Virus record (IMG/VR): IMGVR_UViG_3300035670_000294
Coordinates: 1-51,845 of that record
DNA length: 51,845 bases
From: a virus
Taxonomy: Duplodnaviria > Caudoviricetes
Direction: 5' to 3' (one strand)
The position numbers and the translations under genes are program-made. This document shows, one piece after another, positions 8,375-18,262 of the stretch (the first letter of the stretch is position 1; each line of letters begins with the position of its first letter). Below the pieces are notes generated by a model. It saw only the letters and a list, made by a program, of their open reading frames with translations, had not been told where the DNA came from and ran no database searches.

Positions 8375-9771
8375 TATGCTACTCTCCAACCCCTTGAAAT
8401 TATAGAAGTCTCTGCAAAACTTGGTACAAGGGCTCCCGTTGTTCTTAGCATGAATTGACGATAAGCGTCAGTTTTTGCAAGGTCCTCATAGGTAACAACC
8501 CCATCAAATTTATTTCCTTTTGAATTTGTGAAAACAAACTCTCCAAGACCTTGATAAGGGTCAAGACAATGTAGAATAACGCTCTCCCCTTTCACAGTTG
8601 AAACAGCAGTTAATGGCTTGTCGGAAGTCATATTGTCGACCTCAGTTCCGGCAGTCACCGCAGTTAGTACAATAGAAGTTACTCTCGCACTCACAGCACC
8701 GCTTGTATAGGTATAAGCAGAAACCATTTTGATAGGTGCCATCCCTGATAAGCCTGTAGTCGCACTATAATAAACTTTATAAGCATTTGCTCCAGTGAAA
8801 TCAGAGAAAGAAAGAGTAATTTTTTGGGTAGCAGTTCCGCCCGATAAAGTAATTGAAACCTCTGCACTTGCTTGCTCTTCACCCTTGTACGAAACAGGAG
8901 CGACTCTGAAATAATAAGTTCCATCGGATAAAGACCCGCCAGTAGCGGCACCAGCGGCAGTCACTGTGCCCATTGTACCGGAAGTTCTACCACCTAAAAA
9001 GGTCGTATCGTAAATAGGAATTCCACGATAGGTAGTCACTCTTTTTCCTGCAGCTATTTCAATTTGTTCAAGTTTGCCAGCTATATCAAAAACCCCTCTT
9101 CCATAGCCATCGGAAAGAGTAGTAATTTTTGATTTCATTCTTGGAGTACAATAGAAAGCAAATTCCAAGTTTGACCCGCCGCGTTCCATAGCCCTATCAA
9201 TCATGGAATCTAAGAAAGATAAAGAAGTTGGAACAGTAGGGGCACCACTTGAGAAACCTTCATTCAATCTTGAGTCGCCAGTAATAAGACGGTCTAAGCC
9301 ACTGAATTCATAAGTGTTAGCGTCTGCATTACCCCACAAAGTAAAGTAATTCATGTCAAGAGCGTGCTTGTATGCAACAGCCTCAATTTCCTGAGCATAG
9401 GCGTCAATGTACTCTTCCGAAGCGTCGGATTCAAAGTCAGTCACAGCACCTTTTCTTCGGATTTCTTTAAGAGTTACATTCTCTCTAGAATATGCACTTG
9501 AGGAAGTAGGAGTAACTCCGCTCTCACCCATAGCTCCGTATTCAGAAGGAAGCGTATTCAATCGGTTGAATTCATGCTTCTTACCCTTAATCCCTTTGGT
9601 TCTTAATAGACCAAATTGAGGGGCGAGTTCAATCACTGTATTAGTGATAATTCTTTCCAGACTCTGAGGTATTAGAGCCTCCCCGACATTTGTATCAGTT
9701 GTAAGAGCCTTTCTTAAGAGCTGGTTCATTGGACTAGTATTGAGTTTATTTTTGTTGTACTGATTAGCCAT
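8374..9771 (-). CDS. Major capsid protein (HK97 fold) with inserted Ig/FN3-like domain
   Basis: ALIPQSLE, WGNA...EFSGLDRLI and YRGIPI motifs; follows protease and scaffold. Confidence 0.88.
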   Translation of the reverse strand: MANQYNKNKLNTSPMNQLLRKALTTDTNVGEALIPQSLERIITNTVIELAPQFGLLRTKGIKGKKHEFNRLNTLPSEYGAMGESGVTPTSSSAYSRENVTLKEIRRKGAVTDFESDASEEYIDAYAQEIEAVAYKHALDMNYFTLWGNADANTYEFSGLDRLITGDSRLNEGFSSGAPTVPTSLSFLDSMIDRAMERGGSNLEFAFYCTPRMKSKITTLSDGYGRGVFDIAGKLEQIEIAAGKRVTTYRGIPIYDTTFLGGRTSGTMGTVTAAGAATGGSLSDGTYYFRVAPVSYKGEEQASAEVSITLSGGTATQKITLSFSDFTGANAYKVYYSATTGLSGMAPIKMVSAYTYTSGAVSARVTSIVLTAVTAGTEVDNMTSDKPLTAVSTVKGESVILHCLDPYQGLGEFVFTNSKGNKFDGVVTYEDLAKTDAYRQFMLRTTGALVPSFAETSIISRGWRVA

Positions 9772-10444
9772 TAACTTTTCCCCCTCTTAAATTGATGTGT
9801 TGTTTAAGAACAGTTTTTCCCATGTCGCTTCTTAGAGTAGCTTTCTCTCCGTACACGGATTTTTCTAAAGCTTCTGCTAATTCACGTTGACCCAAAAGAT
9901 TTTGTTTCTTTTCGTCTAAAACTTTTTTGGAAGATGAAATAGATTTCTCTAATCTAAGATTCATTTCATCAAGTTTAGCCGATAAAGTTTTCACTTCATT
10001 TTCAAGCTTCAAAATTGTTTTTTTGGTTTGCTTTTCTTCCAGTTTTAATGCAACCTTGGCACCCTTGGATTTGGATTTCAAAAGTTTTTTAGTGTAGGAA
10101 GTAGCAGTTTTAAGAGTCACTAAAAGAGTACGTGCCTTTTCTAAAGTTGAAAGAACTTCAGGTTCCACTTCATTTTCTGCGGGTTGATTAACGTCTAGAA
10201 TTTCTTCCGCGTCCGCGTTAGCTCCATCGCTTTCTTCCATCTTGGCGACAATTGCCTTTTCAGCAGTCTCTAATTCGTCCTCAGCCTTTTCGGTCTGACC
10301 TTCCATGTCGTCAACCTTTTCTGCCACAGCATCAATCTCTGCGGGGTTTTCAGCCTCAATGATTTCTTCACTAGCGTCTTCCATCCCGCCCATGAGGGTT
10401 TGGAGCTTAGCTATAATTTCTTCAATTATGGTTTTTAATTCCAT
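9764..10444 (-). CDS. Capsid scaffolding protein
   Basis: Acidic then coiled-coil 226 aa between protease and capsid. Confidence 0.65.
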   Translation of the reverse strand: MELKTIIEEIIAKLQTLMGGMEDASEEIIEAENPAEIDAVAEKVDDMEGQTEKAEDELETAEKAIVAKMEESDGANADAEEILDVNQPAENEVEPEVLSTLEKARTLLVTLKTATSYTKKLLKSKSKGAKVALKLEEKQTKKTILKLENEVKTLSAKLDEMNLRLEKSISSSKKVLDEKKQNLLGQRELAEALEKSVYGEKATLRSDMGKTVLKQHINLRGGKVNG

Positions 10445-11432
10445 TTGAGTATATCCTTTGTTTTAATATTTGATATTTTAGATTAACCGACTTTTTTTTC
10501 TTGGACTGATTCGGTACACTTACACTTTTAGGCATTGACCTTTCAAGTGGTGTGACAAAACCCCCCGGAATATTATAATCGAATTGTGAGTACAATTCAA
10601 TCATCCTATCCCTAAAAGAATTGAATTCGTTAATTAATTTATTTCGTTTAATGTCAGAGGGTTCTTTCATTTTCAAGATTGAATTTATGGAAGTCTCAAA
10701 AGCTTCCTCAATCAAGTCTACCTCTGCAATATGGTCAACCTTGGACTTTCTGTCGTTAATGTACTGGTCGACCATTGTAATAATCTTTTCAGGCGTGTCG
10801 GCTTCATTCTCTTTAGGTGCCGTCTCTGTTGTACTCTCTTTTTTATTTCCCGATAGGTCAGGAAGGTTTAGAGCCTTCTTAATTGCATGTGCCACCGATG
10901 TAAGATAAGCTGGTTTAGTGACTAATGAAACGCCCGGGTCAAGGTCAACCTTGTTTATAATATTCCCTGATGGCGACCATTCGACCATTCCATCGGGGAT
11001 GATTCCCTCAATTGAGAATCCAAATGAGCGGGTCTTTTGGTAAGGTGGCAAACCATTTGCTTGTTTATAAATCTGTTGTACTAAATCTTTGTTCCTTTGG
11101 GGCACGTCATCGGCTTCGTTATATCCTCTGTATTCGTGATATAAGTCACCATTCTCTAGGATTTCCGATTTGGTAAGAATGCCTATGTCCTCAGTGTAGT
11201 CTTTCCCATGATTGACGTATAACAGAATGTCCTTTTCGTTTAACTGCCCTTGCATGTCTTTAATGCAGTCTTCCGACATTCTTTCACCATGCCCGTCTAC
11301 CTTGAGACCCGATACGACACCGCAGAAATAGACGTTATTTCCTTCGGCTTTTGTATACTGTTTCTCATTTTCGCCGAGTTTGGCTTTCGTTGTCGGGTTG
11401 GCAGGGTGCCCCAGTATTTTCAATCGGTACAT
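10422..11432 (-). CDS. Prohead maturation protease (HK97-type)
   Basis: VDGHGE, VNH, GFSIEG and VSLVTKPAY motifs. Confidence 0.85.
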   Translation of the reverse strand: MYRLKILGHPANPTTKAKLGENEKQYTKAEGNNVYFCGVVSGLKVDGHGERMSEDCIKDMQGQLNEKDILLYVNHGKDYTEDIGILTKSEILENGDLYHEYRGYNEADDVPQRNKDLVQQIYKQANGLPPYQKTRSFGFSIEGIIPDGMVEWSPSGNIINKVDLDPGVSLVTKPAYLTSVAHAIKKALNLPDLSGNKKESTTETAPKENEADTPEKIITMVDQYINDRKSKVDHIAEVDLIEEAFETSINSILKMKEPSDIKRNKLINEFNSFRDRMIELYSQFDYNIPGGFVTPLERSMPKSVSVPNQSKKKKSVNLKYQILKQRIYSNGIKNHN

Positions 11433-11595
11433 ATTGATTTTGATTATCCATAGAATAGGAAATTGTCAATAATTATTTTAGGGTAGTACAAGAAAAAGGG
11501 GAAATGACGTGTCTGGAATTTTGGTAGCGACATCCATGACGTTACCAAATTGGTAGGAAGAGGGGTGGGGGGTTATTCCCCCTTGAAATTAAATA

Positions 11596-12234
11596 TTAGT
11601 TTATTTTAACTCTATGCCATTCTAATAATCTGTAATCAATATTAGATTCCCCTTTATGCCATAGTTCACAATGTCTATTATATTCATCTTCTATATAATC
11701 AATTATTTCTTTATTTAATTCAAAATATTCATTGTTTATATGATAGTCAGAAAATTTTTTATGAAGTGCTCTTTCATATTTTCTATTTCCTTCAAAGCTT
11801 GCCATAATTCTAATATTTGGAGTATGAGTTTGATATTGTAGCAACCTATGTAATAAATCATTTGTATGCCCTATTTTAATAGCACCATCTATTAATAAAA
11901 AATATACTACATTTACAATAGGAATATATACATTCCATCTTGATTCAAATACTATCTCCCCCTCTATTTTATCTTTTGAATATAATTCTCTTAAAATTTT
12001 TGAATCAACTCCAAGTAATGAATAGTAATTGATAATACCTATTGTATTATCTTTTGAATCTTTTTTTTCTATATAAAATATATCATCTATAAAATTAAGA
12101 TTTTCTATTTGATGTTTTATAAAATTATTAACAGATTCTAACCCGTATAGTTTTATCAATATCTTTAAGTCATCTTCATAATATTTGTTTTCAGCTAAAA
12201 CTTTGTTTTCTTTGTTATCAAATAATTCAAACAT
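11596..12234 (-). CDS. GIY-YIG / T5orf172-like domain protein
   Basis: VYFL...IKIGHT...RL...ERALHKKF...NEYF; very AT-rich gene. Confidence 0.8.
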   Translation of the reverse strand: MFELFDNKENKVLAENKYYEDDLKILIKLYGLESVNNFIKHQIENLNFIDDIFYIEKKDSKDNTIGIINYYSLLGVDSKILRELYSKDKIEGEIVFESRWNVYIPIVNVVYFLLIDGAIKIGHTNDLLHRLLQYQTHTPNIRIMASFEGNRKYERALHKKFSDYHINNEYFELNKEIIDYIEDEYNRHCELWHKGESNIDYRLLEWHRVKIN

Positions 12235-12255
12235 AAAATAATCTCCTTGTACTAA

Positions 12256-12283
12256 TCATCGGTCAGAGCCACAGGAAACTTTA
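12256..12283 (-). promoter_or_regulatory. Sigma28-like promoter TAAA-N16-ACCGATGA
   Basis: Resembles the FliA consensus TAAA-N15-GCCGATAA; lies upstream of 12234. Confidence 0.55.
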
Positions 12284-12459
12284 ATCACCTTCTTGACGTC
12301 AGGAAAGTGATAAGTGGGAAAATAAGGATATTGAAGATAAGGAAGAAAGACAAACAGTACAAGGAAAAGAAGATTCGCTCCCCTCCTATGGGATAGAAAG
12401 CCTTGTACTAATTGTCTACAAGATTATTTTACAATTGGTAGAATTTCGTCAAGGGAATT

Positions 12460-12651
12460 TTACCAATCGGGTTCAATAGGCAATATAATTTCTCTTTTAA
12501 TTATATCAGTATTGCAAACTACCAAACAAGTATTTTCTTCTATATTTCTTAATTTCTCAGAACTATAATACTCTTCATCATTCCAATCTTTAGGGTTGTT
12601 ATAATCAGTGCCATAAAGAGACTTAATTGCATAAATTATTTTTTCTTCCAT
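12460..12651 (-). CDS. Hypothetical protein, probably leaderless
   Basis: CCGATAATTAGTAC directly precedes the ATG. Confidence 0.6.
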   Translation of the reverse strand: MEEKIIYAIKSLYGTDYNNPKDWNDEEYYSSEKLRNIEENTCLVVCNTDIIKREIILPIEPDW

Positions 12652-13102
12652 GTACTAATTATCGGGAAAAAGAAACAAACCCCCTTGATAATTTTCAAAG
12701 GGGTATCACAATAAGAAGGAAAATTTAAAGAGAATCAACCAATCAAAAAGAAAAGAAAATTCAATTATGATTGCATGTGCATTAGCTTAGACTTACTTAG
12801 GGATAGACTCCCCCTTGAATGGGTAACAAGGGAGAGTCTATATTTTTCAAATTATCAAAATCTTAGAGGAAACAAATATGATCCAATTCACATTCAGTAA
12901 GGAATCTAATGTCAAAACGAGTCAACGAAACACGGATTAAGAGGCTCACTCTTAACGTATTTCGAAGGCTCTTCTTTATTTGTATCCTAATATTAGTACA
13001 TGGAATAGTCAATAAAAATATTTACCTACTCTGTAAATATTTATTGATTTAATTCTATTTGTGTACTAATTAGAATGCAAGGATATTTTTAGATTTGAAA
13101 AG

Positions 13103-13129
13103 TGGGTGAGAGTGTCACCCCTTTTTTTT
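13103..13129 (+). terminator. Terminator-like hairpin 25 bp upstream of the 13155 gene
   Basis: GGGTGA-GAGTG-TCACCC followed by a T8 run. Confidence 0.6.
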
Positions 13130-13154
13130 ATCTACCCATAAAGGAATTATCATC

Positions 13155-14471
13155 ATGGCATCAAAAGATATTAACCTAATTAATAGAGGCTCTTCCAGTG
13201 TAGTTGACGCATTCGGACGTTTCATGGTTTCCGAACCTACTACCCTTTTCGATATTACTCACGTTTACGATAAACAACCAATATTAGAACACGAATTAAC
13301 CGCCACGGGAGCTTCTTCAGTACATCTCCCAAATGAATCGTCGGTCAAGATGATTGTCTCAGACACTATCAATAGCAGAATAATAAGACAATCAAAACAG
13401 TATTGCGTATATCAGCCCGGTAAAGGTCTCAGAGTGATAATGACTTTTGTATTGCATGACAAAATGAATCCTAACCTTGTTTGTAGGGCAGGCTTGTTTG
13501 ACAATCACTCAGACAAGACGGTTGACGTGGGGGGAGATGGAGTCTTCCTTGAATACTCAAATGGGAATTATTATTTTGTTTTACGGAGTTATGCTTCCGG
13601 TACACAGGTTGAAACTAAGATTGAAAGAAGCAATTGGAATGGGAATTCTTTAAACTCTCTGGACTTTACAAAAGGTAATATCCTTGTCTTTGACTATGAG
13701 TGGTTAGGTGTTGGGGCAGTACGTTGTGGGTTTGTAGTCGGACCCTCTATTTATAATAATGGGTACATTGGTGGTCAATTGATATGGGCTCATGTATTCG
13801 ACAATGCAAACCATAAAGATTCAGTCTATATGACATCGGCTAATCTGCCCGTAAGATATGAGATTTCAAATAACGTTGGTGGGGCAGGTTCCGGGGGATT
13901 CATGAAACAGATTTGTTATACTGTAATTTCAGACGGGGGGTACACACCCAGAGGGAAAAGCCTAACGTCAAGGACATCTACCCTAATAAGCCTTACAACT
14001 ACTAACGAAACATTCTATATGGCTTTACGGTCTAAGACTGCTTATAACAGACTGCCACTTATAATCCGTTCCATTGACGCGTTATGCACTACAGGAAGCA
14101 ATCTCATAATTAGAGTCTATATCGGGGAGAGTACAAATGTAGCAGCCGCAAGCGTAACCTTTTCAAGCGTAAATGACGCGTCTGGAGTTGAGTACATTTA
14201 TCATAACTCAGTAGGTGTTGTCACGGGCGCCGTGGTAGGTGTAGGGGGAGTCACTGTCGATAATAACTTTACAGACAAGACAAAATTCGTCTTACTCTCA
14301 GAAAAGTACATGCCTAACTCTACTTCAATCTTTCAGAGTCCCTTAGACAATACTATTCCTGTGGGTTGTGAAATCGATGGAAGCCAAGACTATGTATTTA
14401 TAACTTTGCAAAGGTTGAGCAACCAAACCGAATCAGTGTTATTAAATGCGGGTTGGCAGGAATGGTACTAG
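13155..14471 (+). CDS. Beta-rich virion-associated / lectin-like protein on the opposite strand
   Basis: DAFGRFMVSEPTTLFD, YQPGK and EWLGVGAVRCG motifs that I recall from a widespread phage structural family. Confidence 0.6.
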   Translation: MASKDINLINRGSSSVVDAFGRFMVSEPTTLFDITHVYDKQPILEHELTATGASSVHLPNESSVKMIVSDTINSRIIRQSKQYCVYQPGKGLRVIMTFVLHDKMNPNLVCRAGLFDNHSDKTVDVGGDGVFLEYSNGNYYFVLRSYASGTQVETKIERSNWNGNSLNSLDFTKGNILVFDYEWLGVGAVRCGFVVGPSIYNNGYIGGQLIWAHVFDNANHKDSVYMTSANLPVRYEISNNVGGAGSGGFMKQICYTVISDGGYTPRGKSLTSRTSTLISLTTTNETFYMALRSKTAYNRLPLIIRSIDALCTTGSNLIIRVYIGESTNVAAASVTFSSVNDASGVEYIYHNSVGVVTGAVVGVGGVTVDNNFTDKTKFVLLSEKYMPNSTSIFQSPLDNTIPVGCEIDGSQDYVFITLQRLSNQTESVLLNAGWQEWY

Positions 14472-14478
14472 GAATTAA

Positions 14479-15219
14479 TTAAATCGGGACAAACCTAAAA
14501 TCTAATTCACAATGACAGTTGATAGTTTCTTCAGCAGGAAGCCTTGAATCATGAGGGGTCAAGGCTTTTTTCCCATCGATTACAAACCAATCATTTATTC
14601 CAATAGGCTCAGTCTCTCCAAGCGTTATATGCAACGGTCTTGGCTCTTTAGATAATTTCGGATTGTGTACCCATTTCTTCTTTAGAGTAAAACCGTTTTG
14701 CTTGGCTTCTTTTGATACTGCCTTCGCATATTCAAACCGTACATTATTTATCACGTTCATTGTCTCAGTTGTTGCAATCGTTTTAATATTGTTTGGTTGT
14801 TTAGCCTTCTTATGACTGGCGAAGGTCTTGGCGACCTGTTTTTCCATCTTCTTTAAGATTGTCTTATTGATTAGTCCGTTGGTAGTTGTAATATTATATT
14901 TTAATAATGTGCGTTTAATATCCTTTCTTAATTTTTCCCTTAAGGAATTCGCAAGTAATTCTCCCTGAGTAGCAGCCTTCAAAACCGTTGGACTATTTTT
15001 TATAATTACCGACACGTCAGGCATGATAAGCTTTTTCCCTCTCTTTGTCTTAGGTGCCACCTTCTCATATTTTTTCTTGTCGTATTTCAAGACAGTCTGA
15101 GCAATATTTTTATTTGCTTCCTTGACTATCTTGCCCATGAGTACACGGTAAGACTTTCCGGTCCAATTGTATTTAGATTTGAGTAATGCCTTCTTGAATT
15201 CCTTAGATTGTACTGCCAC
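14479..15219 (-). CDS. Minor head morphogenesis protein (Mu gpF / SPP1 gp7-like)
   Basis: IATTET...KKKW...RPLH...PHD...ETINCHC. Confidence 0.85.
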   Translation of the reverse strand: MAVQSKEFKKALLKSKYNWTGKSYRVLMGKIVKEANKNIAQTVLKYDKKKYEKVAPKTKRGKKLIMPDVSVIIKNSPTVLKAATQGELLANSLREKLRKDIKRTLLKYNITTTNGLINKTILKKMEKQVAKTFASHKKAKQPNNIKTIATTETMNVINNVRFEYAKAVSKEAKQNGFTLKKKWVHNPKLSKEPRPLHITLGETEPIGINDWFVIDGKKALTPHDSRLPAEETINCHCELDFRFVPI

Positions 15220-15364
15220 GTTATTTCCTCTTCCTAATTGTAAAATATATACTCATAGATTTGGTCATTCTTGAAAGCCGTTCTATGATAGTTTTCTTCT
15301 TTGTTTAAATAATAATTCAAATCCCTTCTAAACCTTTGGGGGGATGTCCTATAAGAATTTCGTA

Positions 15365-15550
15365 TCATAATAATATTTTGTCCATCTTGTTTAATAAATC
15401 TTGCCACGTCATTTCCTCCGTTGCACTATTGATAATTTCCATGATTTCTTTTTCTACCAAAGAGTATACAATATTTAATTCCCTATTGATTTCTTCCTGA
15501 GAATTAGTAATAACATCTTGAGGGGTTTCAACGTTGTTTAGTGTCCTCAC
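15365..15550 (-). CDS. Small hypothetical protein (GTG start after the portal stop)
   Basis: TAA-C-GTG junction at 15548..15554. Confidence 0.5.
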   Translation of the reverse strand: MRTLNNVETPQDVITNSQEEINRELNIVYSLVEKEIMEIINSATEEMTWQDLLNKMDKILL

Positions 15551-15551
15551 G

Positions 15552-17087
15552 TTATGCCATCCCTTGTGCTGGGGCAGGAGCTGCAGGAGTTTGTAGGATT
15601 TCATTCTCCTCTCCCGGTACTGGGTCAAGTCCTAATTCTAATCGGATTTCGTTTTTGGTATATAAACCCGATTCAGATTTCATCTTAGCAAGCGTTATTT
15701 TTTCTTCATCGGAAACAGGGGCTATAAATTCTATCTTGTACCCGAAACCAAATTTATCGGGAATGACTTCATAATTCAAAAGGCTTGAAATAGTATCGGT
15801 TAATGCTTTTGTATTCTTTGAGTTGTCTGTCTTTTGTTGTACTTCACTGGTTGACCTTCCACTTGTACCGTCACTCCCTGTCTGATTGATTTCGTTGTTT
15901 GATAGATTGAAGACCATAGCCACAGACTTATCTACAATATTTCTCCACTCTCTTAATTCAGCCATAGTGTTTTCCCGTGATAAGTCTAAAACAATCGGAG
16001 TGCCATAACCACTAAGAACTTGAATAGCGTTATCCTTCTTCCTCTGATTGATTGCGTACTTGATTCGTGCCTGTTCGTCTTTGTCTAACATATTCTTATC
16101 GAATCCACCGGAGAAATCAAAAGAAGGGTTGTCCTCTCCAAAGACAACTAGCTTTTGAGGGTAGGCATCCCCGTCAGCATAGCCAGCCATAAATTTCTCA
16201 TGGTTAATTTGTGCACTGACAAGATTAATTAGTACATCGATAGGCGTCATGCCGTTGGCAACACCCGAATTAGGCATATAACAGGTAAAAGCCATTTCAT
16301 CGGGAAAGAAGATTTGAGGCTCTAAGAAATCCGACATTTGGACATAGGAATCAATGCCAGCGACATACTGAGACTTGACAGGGTACACGTCCCCGCCCGG
16401 CAGGACATAGAAATTGCCTTCTTGTTTGTAGAGTGCAAGGCGACCATGAATCATCAAGTCTTGTACTGATTTCTTTATGAAATCTATCCACTGCATTCCA
16501 GGTGAGGGGAATCTCATGAAGTCTTCAATCTCTTTTGCTCTAATGTACTTTTTTGAGTCTATTCGTTTTTTGAATCTATAAAGGCATGATTGGAAGTTTG
16601 AAAGGTCTGGCAATAGGTCATCTAAGGAAGCGTTTAATATTCTAAGGATTTCAACTGCCCTTGCGAAATAAAACTCGTTAATGTTCCCATTGTCGAATCT
16701 AATGAAGGGAAATATTTCTTTGTAGATATTCCCTAAGTCCTTAAGGTCTTGTACTATTTTTTCTTCATCTTCCTTGACGCTTGAAACCTTCCAGTCAAGA
16801 GCAGCTATTTTATTTGATTGACCCGTGACAACACTAAAGACTGGAACACACTTTTGGTAGATTAACAAGCGGGTTTTAGAATCTGTCTCAGTCCAGACAA
16901 GCTCCACCGGCACGTTATGAATGTCGTCCTCTTTGTCTTTGGCTGAAACCATCATCAAGTCGGCAGGAGAGTACACGTTTATCCCCCGCTTGTTTTTAGC
17001 TGGGTCTTGACGATTACCCGATATGGGATTTTCTAGGATAGAGGTATTAGGATAAAACCATTTTACTATTTTTTGAAATAGACTCAT
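15552..17087 (-). CDS. Portal protein
   Basis: 511 aa; DLMIHG, GMTPI and TKNEIRLELGLDPVPG motifs; downstream of terminase. Confidence 0.9.
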   Translation of the reverse strand: MSLFQKIVKWFYPNTSILENPISGNRQDPAKNKRGINVYSPADLMMVSAKDKEDDIHNVPVELVWTETDSKTRLLIYQKCVPVFSVVTGQSNKIAALDWKVSSVKEDEEKIVQDLKDLGNIYKEIFPFIRFDNGNINEFYFARAVEILRILNASLDDLLPDLSNFQSCLYRFKKRIDSKKYIRAKEIEDFMRFPSPGMQWIDFIKKSVQDLMIHGRLALYKQEGNFYVLPGGDVYPVKSQYVAGIDSYVQMSDFLEPQIFFPDEMAFTCYMPNSGVANGMTPIDVLINLVSAQINHEKFMAGYADGDAYPQKLVVFGEDNPSFDFSGGFDKNMLDKDEQARIKYAINQRKKDNAIQVLSGYGTPIVLDLSRENTMAELREWRNIVDKSVAMVFNLSNNEINQTGSDGTSGRSTSEVQQKTDNSKNTKALTDTISSLLNYEVIPDKFGFGYKIEFIAPVSDEEKITLAKMKSESGLYTKNEIRLELGLDPVPGEENEILQTPAAPAPAQGMA

Positions 17088-17138
17088 GGAAATTATCCTA
17101 ATCGGATATTTATTGAAATGTCAATTCATTTTCTTGTA

Positions 17139-17609
17139 CTAATTTTTTATCTTTATCCAATCCTTTCTCTCTTCCTCAGGAATAGAGTCAATACTTTCAA
17201 TTTCGAAATTGCCGTCAAAGTGTGCCCATAGCTTAGCAATCACTTTGTAAAGTGTAGGAGAGACAATTGTTTTATCTTGTGCCATTGTACTCTCCCTCCT
17301 CAGATTCAAGAAAGGAATAAATCCTTTTGAGATTTGCCATAGCCAAAGAATCATAAGGAAGATTAGGTTTAATAGCTTCCTTGACTGCCGACAATAGCAT
17401 ATTATATTTTTCTTCAATTGTTAGATTAGTTAAATCTGTCATTGTTTTTCTCCTGCTTGCAGTATAGTTGCAATCCCATTTGAATTAATTTTAAATGATT
17501 TCTTGCATAGTTTGCAAATTTGGAATACGAACACAAATTTCAAACCACGATATTTCTCATAATATAATTTAGTTTGTTGTAAACAGGATGGGCATAATAT
17601 ATTTTTCAT
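17139..17609 (-). CDS. Three coupled small ORFs: 17439..17609 (CxxC...CxxC), 17272..17442 and 17139..17285
   Basis: Translated by hand; each has a GGAG SD and overlapping stop/start. Confidence 0.55.
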
Positions 17610-17712
17610 TGTTTTTCTCCTTCTGTGATTATCGTCAATTTTTGTAATTTACAAAAGGGAAATATTCAGTTGTAAAGAATTACTTGACTACTCAGTAGGA
17701 AGAAGAAGGCAT

Positions 17713-17745
17713 AAAAAAAGCGGAGTGTTTTAAGCTCCGCTTTTC
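17713..17745 (-). terminator. Rho-independent terminator
   Basis: AAAAGCGGAG..CTCCGCTTTT stem with U-tract. Confidence 0.85.
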
Positions 17746-17766
17746 CTGTGGGGGATGGGTTTGATG

Positions 17767-18039
17767 TTAGGTTGCTACAAGCATCAAACTATTAAGTTTC
17801 TTTGCACAATTACCACCCACAGGAAAAAGCCCTTGCGAATCCTCTACATCTATATTTGTAGGAACTAAAAAACCATCGGTGGTTAAATGAACCATCTTGG
17901 TTTTTGTAGCATCATAATTTATAATAGGATTTCCACAGAGGATACATCTATCCTCTGAACCTTTTATTTTTTTCTTTTCTGAATAATTAATCCCTAAATG
18001 CTCTCGCACTTGTTCTAAATCTATTTTAAAAAATATCAT
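17767..18039 (-). CDS. Small Cys-containing cassette protein
   Basis: CILCG...FPVGGNCAKK; own promoter and terminator. Confidence 0.75.
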   Translation of the reverse strand: MIFFKIDLEQVREHLGINYSEKKKIKGSEDRCILCGNPIINYDATKTKMVHLTTDGFLVPTNIDVEDSQGLFPVGGNCAKKLNSLMLVAT

Positions 18040-18071
18040 TTCTATTAACCTTCCTCTTTAAATTTAAGAAT

Positions 18072-18124
18072 ACTATACCACAGGGAAAAATAATATCAAT
18101 CACTTTTTTGGTAGATTGCCAAAA
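18072..18124 (-). promoter_or_regulatory. Promoter TTGATA-N16-TATAGT with upstream dyad
   Basis: Dyad TTTTGGTAGATTGCCAAAA at 18106..18124. Confidence 0.75.
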
Positions 18125-18262
18125 TATTTCAGTTTATTTTTACTCAGCACCTATTCTTTCAACCTTTCCACGTGACACAAATTTTTCATATTCTACCCTG
18201 CCGGAAAGCCTCTAAAACAGTGCCAGAGCCTATTTTTTACCGATTAAGCTAATTTTTTATTA

